A stretch of 64,000 nt of DNA from Mobula hypostoma. Its lineage: Eukaryota. This document shows, piece by piece, positions 33,451 to 45,169 of the stretch. The translations under genes were made by a program, and so were the position numbers. The notes beneath the pieces were generated by a model. It did no database searches. It was not told the DNA's origin and saw only the letters and a list, made by a program, of their open reading frames with translations. How positions within the stretch are numbered: position 1 is the stretch's first letter; each line of letters opens with the position of its first letter. The stretch covers positions 22,754,001 to 22,818,000 of the forward strand of contig NC_086108.1 in assembly GCF_963921235.1 (NCBI RefSeq), read 5' to 3'.

Positions 33451-34419
33451 GTCCACCAGCAGTAACATACCCACAGGGTTTCATTCTGCAGCTGGCTAGC
33501 ACCTGGTGATGCCAGGCTGGTCCTATTGAAATCCAGCACAGTGGAGCAGCTGATAGAGCAGCAGCCTGGTAGTGCCACAGAGACTCAGGTTCAAAATCAT
33601 GGGCTATATGACCTCTAGTCCCATCTGTATGTTCCCCCCCCCCCCCGCCACTTCCCAACGACTATTCCTAGGGCACAAAGCCACTTGCAGTTGGCCCAGA
33701 AAGAACCAGTTGTGCAACACTGGCAACAACTTGTAAAAATCAAGCGGCAACGAAGCTGGCAGTTACTGATGATCTCACTATGTGAAGCTGATGCAAAGGT
33801 CCTCCTTCATTAAACTGTATCTCACCTGTCTGAAGTGAAGGAAAGGCATTAGCCGGAATGTTTAATTCTGGGATGGAAATGCCAAAGTGAAGCCGATGTT
33901 ATACAGTGAATTACATTATTTACTCTGCAAACTTTCCAACGAAAGGTCGGTGCTCTTTCTTTCACCTACATATCTGCTGCAGTACAGACAATGGTGTACA
34001 CTCACATGGCACAGACATCATTTTGGGATTGAACCAGCTTTCGTAGTGCTAAAACAACAGGCACTAAGGAACTGATGTTTGCTTCCTCGAGTTATAGTGA
34101 ACTAGGACACAGGAAGCTCCACTTACATTACAATGAGACATGGGGGGAGGGCACCATTTACATTGACATGGGAGGCGAGGAAACTAATTTGCTCTGGAAT
34201 GCGATGGAAGTATATTCCATTCAAATAGTGGAATAAATGAAAATCTGTTTGTATTGAACTGCAAAACGTGGAACAATTTTGTTCCAATGGTATGTTCTCA
34301 GGCAAAACTCAATACAAATCTTAGTACAAGATGGGGGGGGGGGAGGGGGTGGCAAGCTCCTCTCCAAATTGCACACCATCCTAATGTGGAAAAACATCAC
34401 CAGTTTTTCATCACTCATT

Positions 34420-34795
34420 TGTTCTTTCATTATGTGCCATGTCACATGACGTGGGCAATCATGGTCTTTCCATGACCATGATTGTTCTTGCCAATTTTTT
34501 CTCCAGAAGTGGTTTGCCATTGCCTTCTTCTGGGCAGTGTCTCTACAAGACAGGTAACCCCAGCCATTATCAAAACTCTTCAGAGGTTGTCCGCCTGGCA
34601 TCAATGCTTGCATAACCAAGACTTGTGATATGCACCAGCTGCTCATCTGACCATCCACCACCTGATCCCATGGCTTCATGTGACCCTGATCGAGGTGGCT
34701 AAGCAGGTGCTACACCTTGCTCAGGGGTGACCTGCAGTCTAGTGGAGAGAAAGAGTGCATTACATCTCCTTTGGTAGAGTCGTATCTCTCCCCCC
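34420..34795 (-). mobile_element. Short non-autonomous RTE-type element, copy 2
   Basis: GTGGTTTGCCATTGCCTTCTTC (reverse of the GAAGGCAATGGCAAACCAC motif); colinear with the other two copies. Confidence 0.6.
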
Positions 34796-36162
34796 ATCCC
34801 CCTGCCTCCCATCATTGCCAGAATTAAATCATGAAATTGCTACCCAACACTTTGTAAGCACCTTCACTGGCAGGATTGCAACATTCAAGAAGGCAGCTCA
34901 CCACCACATTAAAGGTGATTTGGGATGGTCAGTAAAAGCTAGCCTTCACCTCAAAGACAGGAGTCCATCAAAAGAAGAAACAAAAAGTCTCATCAACATG
35001 CAATATTAGGAGACATGGGAACAAGGGTCATACGTCATCACGTTGATGATTTCGTCTGACTGATATCTGCTCCAACCAGATACTGAGACATACAGCACAG
35101 AATCAGGCCCTTCGGCACAACTCATCCATGCTAATCAAGTCATATGCAGTCAGTCAAGTGCAGAGGTGTGACATTCCCAAGGTCATGTCTGTTTGCCAAG
35201 CTCACTGATGGTATATTGGCTTGATGAGGAGATGGTCCAGGCAGACTTTACTTAAGCTTTATGCCAGGAGAAAATGGCCCAGCCCATCCATATGAGCAGC
35301 TACTAACCCTGTACAGAAAGCAGTGTTTTATATATTTTGTTTTACTGTGTACCTAAGTTTTAATTTTTTGAATTTCTCTATTTCCATTGTTGATTTATTT
35401 TTATTTTTCAATTAATTGCTATTAAAAATATTTAATTTTACGTACAGTACATAGACTATTTTTAATGGCAGGAATTTGAAAACAAGATATATTTCACAGC
35501 CTTTAACGACAACTACTGAGCTGTTTTGGGGTCTGGGTTAGGGCTTTGGGAAATTGGCCATCTACATTCAGGAAAATCTGGGCGTAGGATGCAATTCTGG
35601 GTAATGGGCCGGGTTCAGAATAATTCATGTAAAGATCTGGGATACAGGGATTACTATTAATTAATTGTCACTTGTTATTGAGTAAATTACTTGGATTTTC
35701 CCGTAAAAGTAATCAAACTTTTCATTGATTCTAGTTCAATCGTAGATTGTATTGATCAGAGTATAGGTTCTCATGTAATTTGCCCAAATAAGCACATCAT
35801 TATGGGGTGGTGATATACACACAAACACCAATGAAATTAAATCGCTAAATTTTACATTGCTTTCCTCCCGATTTGACATCACCAGTTCCACTATGTCAAT
35901 CGCTAAGACAGCTTAAGCCAGTTGCAGCACTGAATACAGTGTTCCTGTCAGGTCAGCCTTTGTTCCCACACACTTGATTTCAGTGCTTTGGCCATGAAGG
36001 GCAGTCAGAGATGGTTATTCTTACTCTCTGAACTAAGGATTCAGCTCCCACTTGTGTTGAGTTTGCACGAATTGTCATAACCTGAAAGTGTCGCCTGTAT
36101 TTCAGATGTTTCATCAAAGGCAGCTGTTTTGTCATCTTGGGGTTAAATCATAAACAGAGCTG

Positions 36163-36862
36163 CATCAACGGAACTGTAGTAGAGCGTGCATCAAGCTTCA
36201 AATTCCTTGGTGTCCACATTTCTGAGGATCTCACCTGGTCCCTGAACTCCTCCATGCTGGTCAAAAAGGCACAACAGCGCCTTTATTTCCTGTGGAACGT
36301 CAAGAAAGCTCACCTCTGTCCCAGGATACTGACGGACTTTTACTACTGTACCATTGAGAGCATACTCACCAACTACATCTCAGTGTGGTATGGCAATTGT
36401 CCCCTATCAGACCGCAAAGCACTCCAGTGTGTGATGAAAACTGCCCAGTGGATATCAGCACCCAATTGCCCACCATTGAGAACATCTACCGTAAACGCTG
36501 CCTGGGCAGGGCGAAAAGCATTATCAAGGATGCATCTCACCCTAACCATGGACTTTTTACTCTCCTCCCATCCGGTAGGCGCTACAGGAGCCTTCGCTCC
36601 CGCACCAGCAGGCACAGGAAGAGCTTCTTCCCTGAGGCTGTGATCCTGCTGAACCTCTCATCATAGCGCTAAGCGGTATTGCACCCATATTGTACTGTCT
36701 CAGTATTTTTATATTTGTGTGCTGTAGCACTTACCTTTTATTCGCAGTTATTTTGTAAATAACACTATTCTTTGCATTTCTGGTCAGATGCTAACTGCAT
36801 TTCATTGGCTTTGCATCTGTACTCGGCACAATGACAATAAAGTTGAATCTAATCTAATCTAA
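36163..36862 (+). mobile_element. Rex1/Babar-like LINE 3' fragment
   Basis: FKFLGVHISEDLTW, KKAQQRLYFL, IESILT...VWYGNC; AATAAA then an (AATCT)n tail. Confidence 0.9.
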
Positions 36863-38946
36863 TAAATACAGCAGGATTGTCACTTGCAGTAGTGAGAAGG
36901 GACTCAGTGTTATATTGGATGTTGTTCAGCTCCGATAAAACGGGAATAGGAAACATTTTATAACTTTTTAAAATAGAATTGCTCTACTTTTGTGGGCGAA
37001 AAGACAGCTGGGGACATACCTACCAGCAGCTACACTGCATTACTGGTGATTAACAATCCTTGACTGTCTTCCACCATCTGATTCTCAGGGGAGATAGCAG
37101 CACCTTTGTGCTATATAAGCAATTCACACTCAGACTAACCTTGGTTTTAATTACAGCCAATGCATTATCACTTTGTGTTTTTATGACTGTGACTCATCCT
37201 CCAGGTTCTGCTAGCTAAAGCCTGTTTTTTCACGGCTTTTATTAACCTTTCCCTCACCAGCAACCTAATCTCTGCTTTATGATTGTTTGGAAATTCTGAT
37301 GGTTCAGCATCTGACTGTTCTCCCATTTACACTGGCTCTCCAGTTCACACCTTTCCAGTTCTAATACCCTGAGAACATACTGGGACTGTGGTTTCTACAC
37401 CCCCATTGATACAAGAGTCCTCATTAACACCCTTCTACTAATGCACCATGGTATGGTCTTGTTTCCCATATTTCCAAACACACGCCAGGGTCCTGGTTCT
37501 CACAATCCCATCAACACTGTTAGGGCACCAGTCCCACTGTGCAATAGATTTCACCTAAAGAAATCTAGCCTACCCGCCTCAGCATGAGCAAACATCAAAT
37601 AGGATACATAAAATACTGATGGATCTTAATAGGATGGACATGAAGTGGATGTTTCCCTCTGTGGGGGAGTCTAGAAGTTGGGGTCAGTGTTTAAAGTATA
37701 TGGCCTCATCCATTGATGGTATTTTCTCTCTCTTAGAGGATTGTAAGTCATTGGAACTCTCCTCCCCAAAGGGTACTGGGAAGCAGAGCCTTTGAACACG
37801 TTTAAGATTAGATTCAACTTTGTCATTGTGCGGAGTACAGATACAAAACCAATGAAATGCAGTTAGCATCTGACCAGAAATGCAAAGAATAGTGTTATTT
37901 ACAAAATAACTGCAAATAAAAGGTAAGTGCTACAGCACACAAATATAAAAATACTGAGACAGTACAATATGGGTGCAATACTGCTTAGCGCTGTGATGTG
38001 AGGCTCAGCAGGGTCACAGCCTCAGGGAAGGAGCCCTTCCTGTGCCTGCTGGTGCGGGAGCGAAGGCTCCTGTAGTGCCTACCAGATGGGATGGGAGTAA
38101 AAAGTCCATGGTTAGGGTGAGATGCATCCTTGATAATGCTTTTCTCCCTGCCCAGGCAGCGTTTATGGTAGATGTTCTCAATGGTGGCAATTGGGTGCCA
38201 ATAATCCGCTGGGCAGTTTTCACCATATGCTGGAGTGCTTTATGGTCCGATACAGGACAATTGCCATACCACACTGAGATGCAGTTGGTGAGTATGCTCT
38301 CAGTGGTACAGCGGTAGAAGTCCATCAGTATCCTGGGACAGTGATGAGCTTTCTTGATGCTCTGCAGAAAATAAAGGCGCTGTTGTGCCTTTTTGATCAG
38401 GATGGAGTTCAGGGACCAGGTGAGATCCTCGAAAATGTGGACACCAAGGAATTTGAAGCTTGATATATGCTCCACTACAGCTCCGTTGATATAGATGGGG
38501 GACGTGAGTGTGGCTCCTAGCGTGCCTAAAGTCCACAATGATCTCCTTGGTCTTCTGGGTGTTAAGGGCCAGGTTGTTGTCAACACACCACGTGGCCAGG
38601 TGCTGGACCTCGTCCCTGTAGGCCGTCTCGTCATCCCCTCTGATCAGGCCAACCACCGTGGTGTTGTCTGCGAACTTGATTATGGAGTTCCATGTACAGG
38701 AACGCAGTCATAGGTGAAAAGGAATTACAGAAGAGGACTCAGCACACAGCCTTGAGGCACGCCGGTGTTCAGGGTGAGAGTGGAGGTGGAGAGGTTGTCT
38801 AACTTAACTGATTGGGGTCTGTTAGTCAGAAAGTCCAAGGTCCAATTGCAGAGGGATGAGCTGATACCAAGCTGGCGAAGTTTGGCGATCAGCTCGGAGG
38901 GAATCACAATATTGAATGCCGAACTAAAGTTAATGAACGGCATTCT

Positions 38947-41645
38947 TTCTTTTTAAATCATTTTATTAAATAAGTATACAAAAAGGTAAGCCATATAGAC
39001 ACTAATACATTGTTAGAATATAATAAAATTACAGAAGATATTAGTACAAAAAAAACTACAAACAATGTAATTTAAACATAACATACCAAGGTAACATAAA
39101 AGTATACTAATTTTATATATATATCAATGGAGAAAAAGAAAAAAAAACCCCCAAAAAAACCCACCGTGCAACTAACTAAAAGCAACGCAAAGCAATGGGC
39201 TAACTTGAAACCAAACAGAGTTAAACTTAAAATCATGTCCTCAATCCCGACCTCCATTAAAAACAGTGAAAAAAACAAGAAGGGTATATATTACATTAAA
39301 TGAAAATATTGAATAAAAGATCTCCAAGTCTGTTCAAATTTAAATGAGGAGTCATAAAGATTGCTTCTAATTTTCTCCAAATTCAAGCATAATATCGTCT
39401 GAGAAAACCAAAAAAAGGTAGTTGGAGCATTAAGCTCTTTCCAATGTTGTAAGATACATCTTTTTGCCATTAAAGTAAGAAATGCAATCATTCTACGGGC
39501 TGAAGGGGAGAGATTACTGGAAATTTTAGGTAGTCCAAAGATAGCAGTAATAGGGTGAGGAGAGATATCTATATTCAATACCTTGGAGATAATATTAAAA
39601 ATGTCTCTCCAAAAAGTTTCCAAAGTAGGGCAAGACCAAAACATATGAGTTAAAGAGGCTATCTGCCCCGGACATCTATCACAAAAAGGATTAATATGAG
39701 AATAAAAGCGCGCTAACTTATCTTTGGACATATGTGCTCTATGAACAACTTTAAATTGAATTAGGGAATGTTTAGCACAGATAGAGGAAGTATTGACTAA
39801 TTGTAAAATCTGCCCCCAGTCATCCACAGAAATGGTAAACCCCAATTCCTGTTCCCAATCTACCCTAATCTTATCAAATGGAGCTTTCCTAAGTTTCATA
39901 ATAATATTATAAATCATAGCCGATGCACCTTTCTGACATGGATTAAGGTTGATTATAGTATCTAAAATGTATGTAGGAGGAAGCATTGGAAAGGAAGAAA
40001 GTATAGTACTTAGAAAATTTCTAACTTGTAAATATCTAAAAAAATGTATTCTTGATAAGTTATATTTATTAGATAATTGTTCAAAAGACATAAGGGAACC
40101 ATCTAAAAATAAATCCAAAAACCGTGAAATACCCTTAGTCTTCCAAATTTGAAAAGCACGATCCGTAAAAGAGGGAGGAAAAAATATGTTACCTAAAATA
40201 GGAATCGCTAACCCAAATTGATTAAGATCAAAAAATTTTCTGAATTGAAACCAAATACGCAAGGTATATTTAACTATTGGGTTAGACACCTGTTTAAGGC
40301 GTTTCCAATCAAAAGGAAGAGAGGAACCTAAAATAGAGCCAAGTGTAAAACCCTGAACAGATTGTAATTCCAATACTACCCATTTAGGAATGGATAGTAT
40401 ATCCTGGTCCAGTAACCAGAATTTCATATGTCGAATATTAATTGCCCAATAATAAAATCTAAAGTTAAGTAATGCTAAGCCTCCATCTCTCTTAGCTTTC
40501 TGTAAATGTATTTTACCCAGTCTCGGGTTTTTATTCTGCCAAATAAATGAAGAAATTTTAGAGTCAACTTTGTCAAAAAAAGATTTTGGAACAAAGATTG
40601 GTAATGCCTGAAATATATATAAAAATTTTGGCAAAAAAAACATCTTAACTGCGTTAATACGACCAATCAAAGTTAAATATAAAGGAAGCCATTTAGATGA
40701 AAGTTGAGTAATATGGTCTATTAATGGTAAAAAGTTAGTCTTAAATAAATCTTTGTATTTACAAGTAATTTTAATCCCAAGATATGAAAAATAATTATTA
40801 ATCAATTTAAATGGAAATTTATAATATAAGGGAAGTTGTTTGTTAATCGGAAAGAGTTCACTCTTACTAAGATTTAATTTATAACCTGAGAAAAGACCAA
40901 ATTGTGCTAATAACTCTAAAACAGCCGGGATGGATTTTTGAGGATTAGAATTATATAAAAGTAAATCATCAGCATAGAGTGATAATTTATGGGACTTTAA
41001 GCCCCGAGTTATCCCAGTAATATTTGGAGATTCTCGAATGGCAATTGCAAGAGGTTCTAATGCAATATCAAATAATAAGGGACTAAGAGGACAGCCTTGT
41101 CGAGAACCTCGAAAAAGAGGGAAAAAAGGTGAACTTAAAGAGTTAGTACGGACCGAGGCCACAGGAGAATAATATAAGAGTTTAATCCAGGATATAAATT
41201 TCAAGCTGAAATTAAACCTTTCAAGCACCTTAAATAAATAAGGCCATTCTACTCTATCAAAAGCTTTCTCGGCATCTAAAGAGATAACACACTCAGGAAC
41301 ATTTTGTGAGGGAGTATAAACGATATTTAACAGTGTACGAATATTATAAAAAGAGTAACGACCTTTAATAAAACCCGTTTGGTCTTCCAAAATAATAGAG
41401 GGAAGTACTTTTTCTAATCTATTTGCTAATAACTTAGAAAAAACTTTAGAATCAACATTTAATAAAGATATTGGTCTATAAGATGCACATTGAGCAGGAT
41501 CTTTATCCTTCTTTAATATTAAAGAGATTGACGCTCTATTAAAAGATTCAGGAAGTTTACCAAGTTTCGATGAAGCCTCAAAAACCCTACAGAGCCAAGG
41601 GATTAATGAAGGAGCAAAACATTTATAAAATTCTACGGTAAACCC
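38947..41645 (-). mobile_element. L1-clade LINE, 5'-truncated, young
   Basis: 15-bp TSD AATGAAC(G/A)GCATTCT (38932-38946, 41646-41660); AATAAA and an A-rich tail on the minus strand. Confidence 0.94.
39291..41645 (-). CDS. L1 ORF2 (RT + C-terminal Cys-rich domain), 5'-truncated but uninterrupted
   Basis: SYRPISLLN, DAEKAFD, GSRQGCPLSPLLF, YADD, YLG, CDRC...HMFWSC; about 785 codons with no stop. Confidence 0.9.
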   Translation of the reverse strand, partial: GFTVEFYKCFAPSLIPWLCRVFEASSKLGKLPESFNRASISLILKKDKDPAQCASYRPISLLNVDSKVFSKLLANRLEKVLPSIILEDQTGFIKGRYSFYNIRTLLNIVYTPSQNVPECVISLDAEKAFDRVEWPYLFKVLERFNFSLKFISWIKLLYYSPVASVRTNSLSSPFFPLFRGSRQGCPLSPLLFDIALEPLAIAIRESPNITGITRGLKSHKLSLYADDLLLYNSNPQKSIPAVLELLAQFGLFSGYKLNLSKSELFPINKQLPLYYKFPFKLINNYFSYLGIKITCKYKDLFKTNFLPLIDHITQLSSKWLPLYLTLIGRINAVKMFFLPKFLYIFQALPIFVPKSFFDKVDSKISSFIWQNKNPRLGKIHLQKAKRDGGLALLNFRFYYWAINIRHMKFWLLDQDILSIPKWVVLELQSVQGFTLGSILGSSLPFDWKRLKQVSNPIVKYTLRIWFQFRKFFDLNQFGLAIPILGNIFFPPSFTDRAFQIWKTKGISRFLDLFLDGSLMSFEQLSNKYNLSRIHFFRYLQVRNFLSTILSSFPMLPPTYILDTIINLNPCQKGASAMIYNIIMKLRKAPFDKIRVDWEQELGFTISVDDWGQILQLVNTSSICAKHSLIQFKVVHRAHMSKDKLARFYSHINPFCDRCPGQIASLTHMFWSCPTLETFWRDIFNIISKVLNIDISPHPITAIFGLPKISSNLSPSARRMIAFLTLMAKRCILQHWKELNAPTTFFWFSQTILCLNLEKIRSNLYDSSFKFEQTWRSFIQYFHLM

Positions 41646-41819
41646 AATGAACAGCATTCTGACATAAGAGTTGGGGCTGTCCAGGTGGGTCAGGGCAGAA
41701 TGAAGTGCCGTGGAGATGGCGTTCTCTGTCGACCTGTTGGTGCGATAGGCAAATTGATGGGGGTCCAGGGTAGTGGGCAGACAGGATTTCAGATGTGATA
41801 GAACCAGTCTCTCAAAGCA

Positions 41820-43735
41820 CTTAATTAGGAAGGGGAAAAAAGATTATGAGAGAAAACTGGCAGAGAACATAAAAACGGACTGTAAAAGCTTTTATAGATA
41901 TGTAAAAAGGAAAAGACTGATAAAGACAAATGTAGGTCCCCTGCAAACAGAAACAGGTGAATTGATTATGGGGAGCAAGGACATGGCAGACCAATTGAAT
42001 AATTACTTTGGTTCTGTCTTCACTAAGGAGGACATAAATAATCTTCCAGAAATAGTAAGGGACAGAGGGTCCAGTGAGATGGAGGAACTGAGCGAAATAC
42101 ATGTTAGTAGGGAAGTGGTGTTAGGTAAATTGAAGGGATTGAAGGCAGATAAATCCCCAGGGCCAGATGGTCTGCATCCCAGAGTGCTTAAGGAAGTGGC
42201 CCAAGAAATAGTGGATGCATTAGTGATAATTTTTCAAAACTCGTTAGATTCTGGACTAGTTCCTGAGGATTGGAGGGTGGCTAATGTAACCCCACTTTTT
42301 AAAAAAGGAGGGAGAGAGAAACCGGGGAATTATAGGCCGGTTAGCCTAACGTCGGTGGTGGGGAAACTGCTGGAGTCAGTTATCAAGGATGTGATAACAG
42401 CACATTTGGAAAGCGGTGAAATGATCGGACAAAGTCAGCATGGATTTGTGAAAGGAAAATCATGTCTGACGAATCTCATAGAATTTTTTGAGGATGTAAC
42501 TAGTAGAGTGGATAGGGGAGAACCAGTGGATGTGGTATATTTGGATTTTCAAAAGGCTTTTGACAAGGTCCCACACAGGAGATTAGTGTGCAAACTTAAA
42601 GCACATGGTATTGGGGGTAAGGTATTGGTGTGGGTGGAGAATTGGTTAGCAGACAGGAAGCAAAGAGTGGGAATAAACGGGACCTTTTCAGAATGGCAGG
42701 CGGTGACTAGTGGGGTACCGCAAGGCTCAGTGCTGGGACCCCAGTTGTTTACAATATATATTAATGACATGGATGAGGGAATTAAATGCAGCATCTCCAA
42801 GTTTGCGGATGACACGAAGCTGGGTGGCAGTGTTAGCAGTGAGGAGGATGCTAAGAGGATGCAGGGTGACTTGGATAGGTTGGGTGAGTGGGCAAACTCA
42901 TGGCAGATGCAATTTAATGTGGATAAATGTGAAGTTATCCACTTTGGTGGCAAAAATAGGAAAACAGATTATTATCTGAATGGTGGCCGATTAGGAAAAG
43001 GGGAGGTGCAACGAGACCTGGGTGTCATTATACACCAGTCATTGAAAGTGGGCATGCAGGTACAGCAGGCGGTGAAAAAGGCGAACGGTATGCTGGCATT
43101 TATAGCGAGAGGATTCGAGTACAGGAGCAGGGAGGTACTACTGCAGTTGTACAAGGCCTTGGTGAGACCACACCTGGAGTATTGTGTGCAGTTTTGGTCC
43201 CCTAATCTGAGGAAAGACATCCTTGCCATAGAGGGAGTACAAAGAAGGTTCACCAGATTGATTCCTGGGATGGCAGGTCTTTCATATGAAGAAAGACTGG
43301 ATGAACTGGGCTTGTACTCGTTGGAATTTAGAAGATTGAGGGGGGATCTGATTGAAACGTATAAGATCCTAAAGGGATTGGACAGGCTAGATGCGGGAAG
43401 ATTGTTCCCGATGTTGGGGAGGTCTAGAACGAGGGGTCACAGTTTGAGGATAGAGGGGAAGCCTTTTAGGACCGAGGTTAGGAAAAACTTCTTCACACAG
43501 AGAGTGGTGAATCTGTGGAATTCTCTGCCACAGCAAACTGTTGAGGCCAGTTCATTAGCTATGTTTAAAAGGAAGTTAGATATGGCCCTTGTGGCTACAG
43601 GGGTCACGGGGTATGGAGGGAAGGCTGGGTTCTGAGTTGGATGATCAGCCATGATCATAATAAATGGCGGTGCAGGCTCGAAGGGCCGAATGGCCTACTC
43701 CTGCACCTATTTTCTATGTTTCTATGTTTCTATGT
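41820..43735 (+). mobile_element. CR1 family A, 5'-truncated, inserted in the Rex1-like LINE
   Basis: 5' microhomology CTTAAT with host CACTTAATGATGG; (TTTCTATG)3 tail; RT frame open to 43635. Confidence 0.96.
41821..43635 (+). CDS. CR1 ORF2 RT portion, uninterrupted
   Basis: NYRPVSL, DFQKAFD, GVPQGSVLGP, FADD. Confidence 0.88.
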   Translation, partial: LIRKGKKDYERKLAENIKTDCKSFYRYVKRKRLIKTNVGPLQTETGELIMGSKDMADQLNNYFGSVFTKEDINNLPEIVRDRGSSEMEELSEIHVSREVVLGKLKGLKADKSPGPDGLHPRVLKEVAQEIVDALVIIFQNSLDSGLVPEDWRVANVTPLFKKGGREKPGNYRPVSLTSVVGKLLESVIKDVITAHLESGEMIGQSQHGFVKGKSCLTNLIEFFEDVTSRVDRGEPVDVVYLDFQKAFDKVPHRRLVCKLKAHGIGGKVLVWVENWLADRKQRVGINGTFSEWQAVTSGVPQGSVLGPQLFTIYINDMDEGIKCSISKFADDTKLGGSVSSEEDAKRMQGDLDRLGEWANSWQMQFNVDKCEVIHFGGKNRKTDYYLNGGRLGKGEVQRDLGVIIHQSLKVGMQVQQAVKKANGMLAFIARGFEYRSREVLLQLYKALVRPHLEYCVQFWSPNLRKDILAIEGVQRRFTRLIPGMAGLSYEERLDELGLYSLEFRRLRGDLIETYKILKGLDRLDAGRLFPMLGRSRTRGHSLRIEGKPFRTEVRKNFFTQRVVNLWNSLPQQTVEASSLAMFKRKLDMALVATGVTGYGGKAGF

Positions 43736-44799
43736 AATGATGGGGGTGAGTGCAATTGGACGGAAGTCATTCAGGCCCTTGGCAATGGAATGCTTTGGCA
43801 CTGGCACGATGGTGGTGATCTTGAAGCTTGTGGGGACAACTGCCTGGGCCAGGGACAGATTAAAAATGTCCGTGAAGACCCCGGCCAACTGCCCTGCACA
43901 GACTCTGAGCACACAGCCAGGTATTCCATCCGGACCAGCTGCCTTCCGTATATTCACCCTAGTGGATGGATGTTTAATAAGCAAGGAGGTAGAAGGTTAC
44001 AATTAGATCATCTTTGATCTTGAAGGGGTTGCAGTCTCAAGGGGCTGAGTGTTCCTAATTTGGATGAGACACCTGGATACATGATCTACTCTGACTCATG
44101 TTACAAGGAAAGTTGATTGGAAGATATGAGAAACACTGTGACAAGTTGGGTTTTGGAAGGACTATTTAAAATAAAATGGGACATAGGGCAAATGCATTTT
44201 TATACTGAAATGGAAAGTGGGAAAATTCCATTCAAGTAAGATGTGAAGCATGATATGAAATAGAGGGAAAGTAAAAGTGTACCAATATGTTTGTTTACAG
44301 AAATTCCAACAAGATATAAGGATTCTCTCAATGATAATTTACCCAAATCACCACACAGCAGTAGAAAAGCTGACCCTGTCTGGAACACGAGGCAAGGATG
44401 CAGAGTGCAGGTGGGGTGTATGATTAGAGCTGGGGATCCTGCGGAGATAGGATTGGGATCTGGAATATGGGTAGGTTTGAGGCCAGAGCGGTGTACCAGA
44501 GTGTCATAGTCAAAGAGAGATTCAGGCTCTTCCGTCCACTGAGTTTGCACTGATCATTAACCACCCATTTACATGAAACCCCTATTATTATTTAATAATA
44601 ATATTATTTTATTCTCACCAAATTCTCATAAACTCCACCCAGATTCCACCAGCCACCTACACATTAGGAGCAACTTCCAGTATTTGCGTATTTCCTTTTT
44701 CCTTTTCAGCTCAGTGTGTTCATTGGAACATTTATTGTACTGCTATGTCACAAGTTTAGAAAAAGAGATGTAAAAGTGTATTTGGGTACGAGTGGAAGT

Positions 44800-45136
44800 G
44801 GTGTGTGGTGGGTGGAGATACATCTCTACCAAAGGAGGTGTAAGGCACTCGTTCCCCTTGCTAATCTGCAGGACACCCTTGGGTGTCATGAAGCCATAGG
44901 AGCAAATAGTGGATGGTCGTATGAGCAGCTGGTGCATATCACAAGTCCTGATTATGTGACCACTGACACCCGGTAGACAATCTCTGAAGAGTGTTGATAA
45001 TGGCTGGGTCGCCCATCTTGTAAAGACACTGACCAGAAGAAGGAAATGACAAACTACTTCTGTAGAAAAAATTGCCAAGAACAATCATCGTCATGGTCAT
45101 ATGACATGGCACAAAATGATGATGATGATGATGATG
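44800..45136 (+). mobile_element. Short non-autonomous RTE-type element, copy 3
   Basis: GAAGAAGGAAATGACAAACTAC motif; (GAT)6 tail. Confidence 0.6.
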
Positions 45137-45169
45137 AATGTAAGCAATATCAAATAGTGCAGACAATCT

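Larger units (their letters stand above)
37806..43961 (-). mobile_element. Rex1/Babar-like LINE in three pieces (37806-38946, 41661-41825, 43736-43961)
   Basis: [45 protein letters not shown]; same family as 36163-36862. Confidence 0.92.
37600..44060 (+). mobile_element. Old CR1 3' fragment split into 37600-37805 and ~43962-44060 by nested insertions
   Basis: YKIL...MFPSVGESR...WNS...FK, then resumes with GGATGTTTAATAAGCAAGGAGGTAGAAGGTTA and a 3' tail. Confidence 0.6.
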
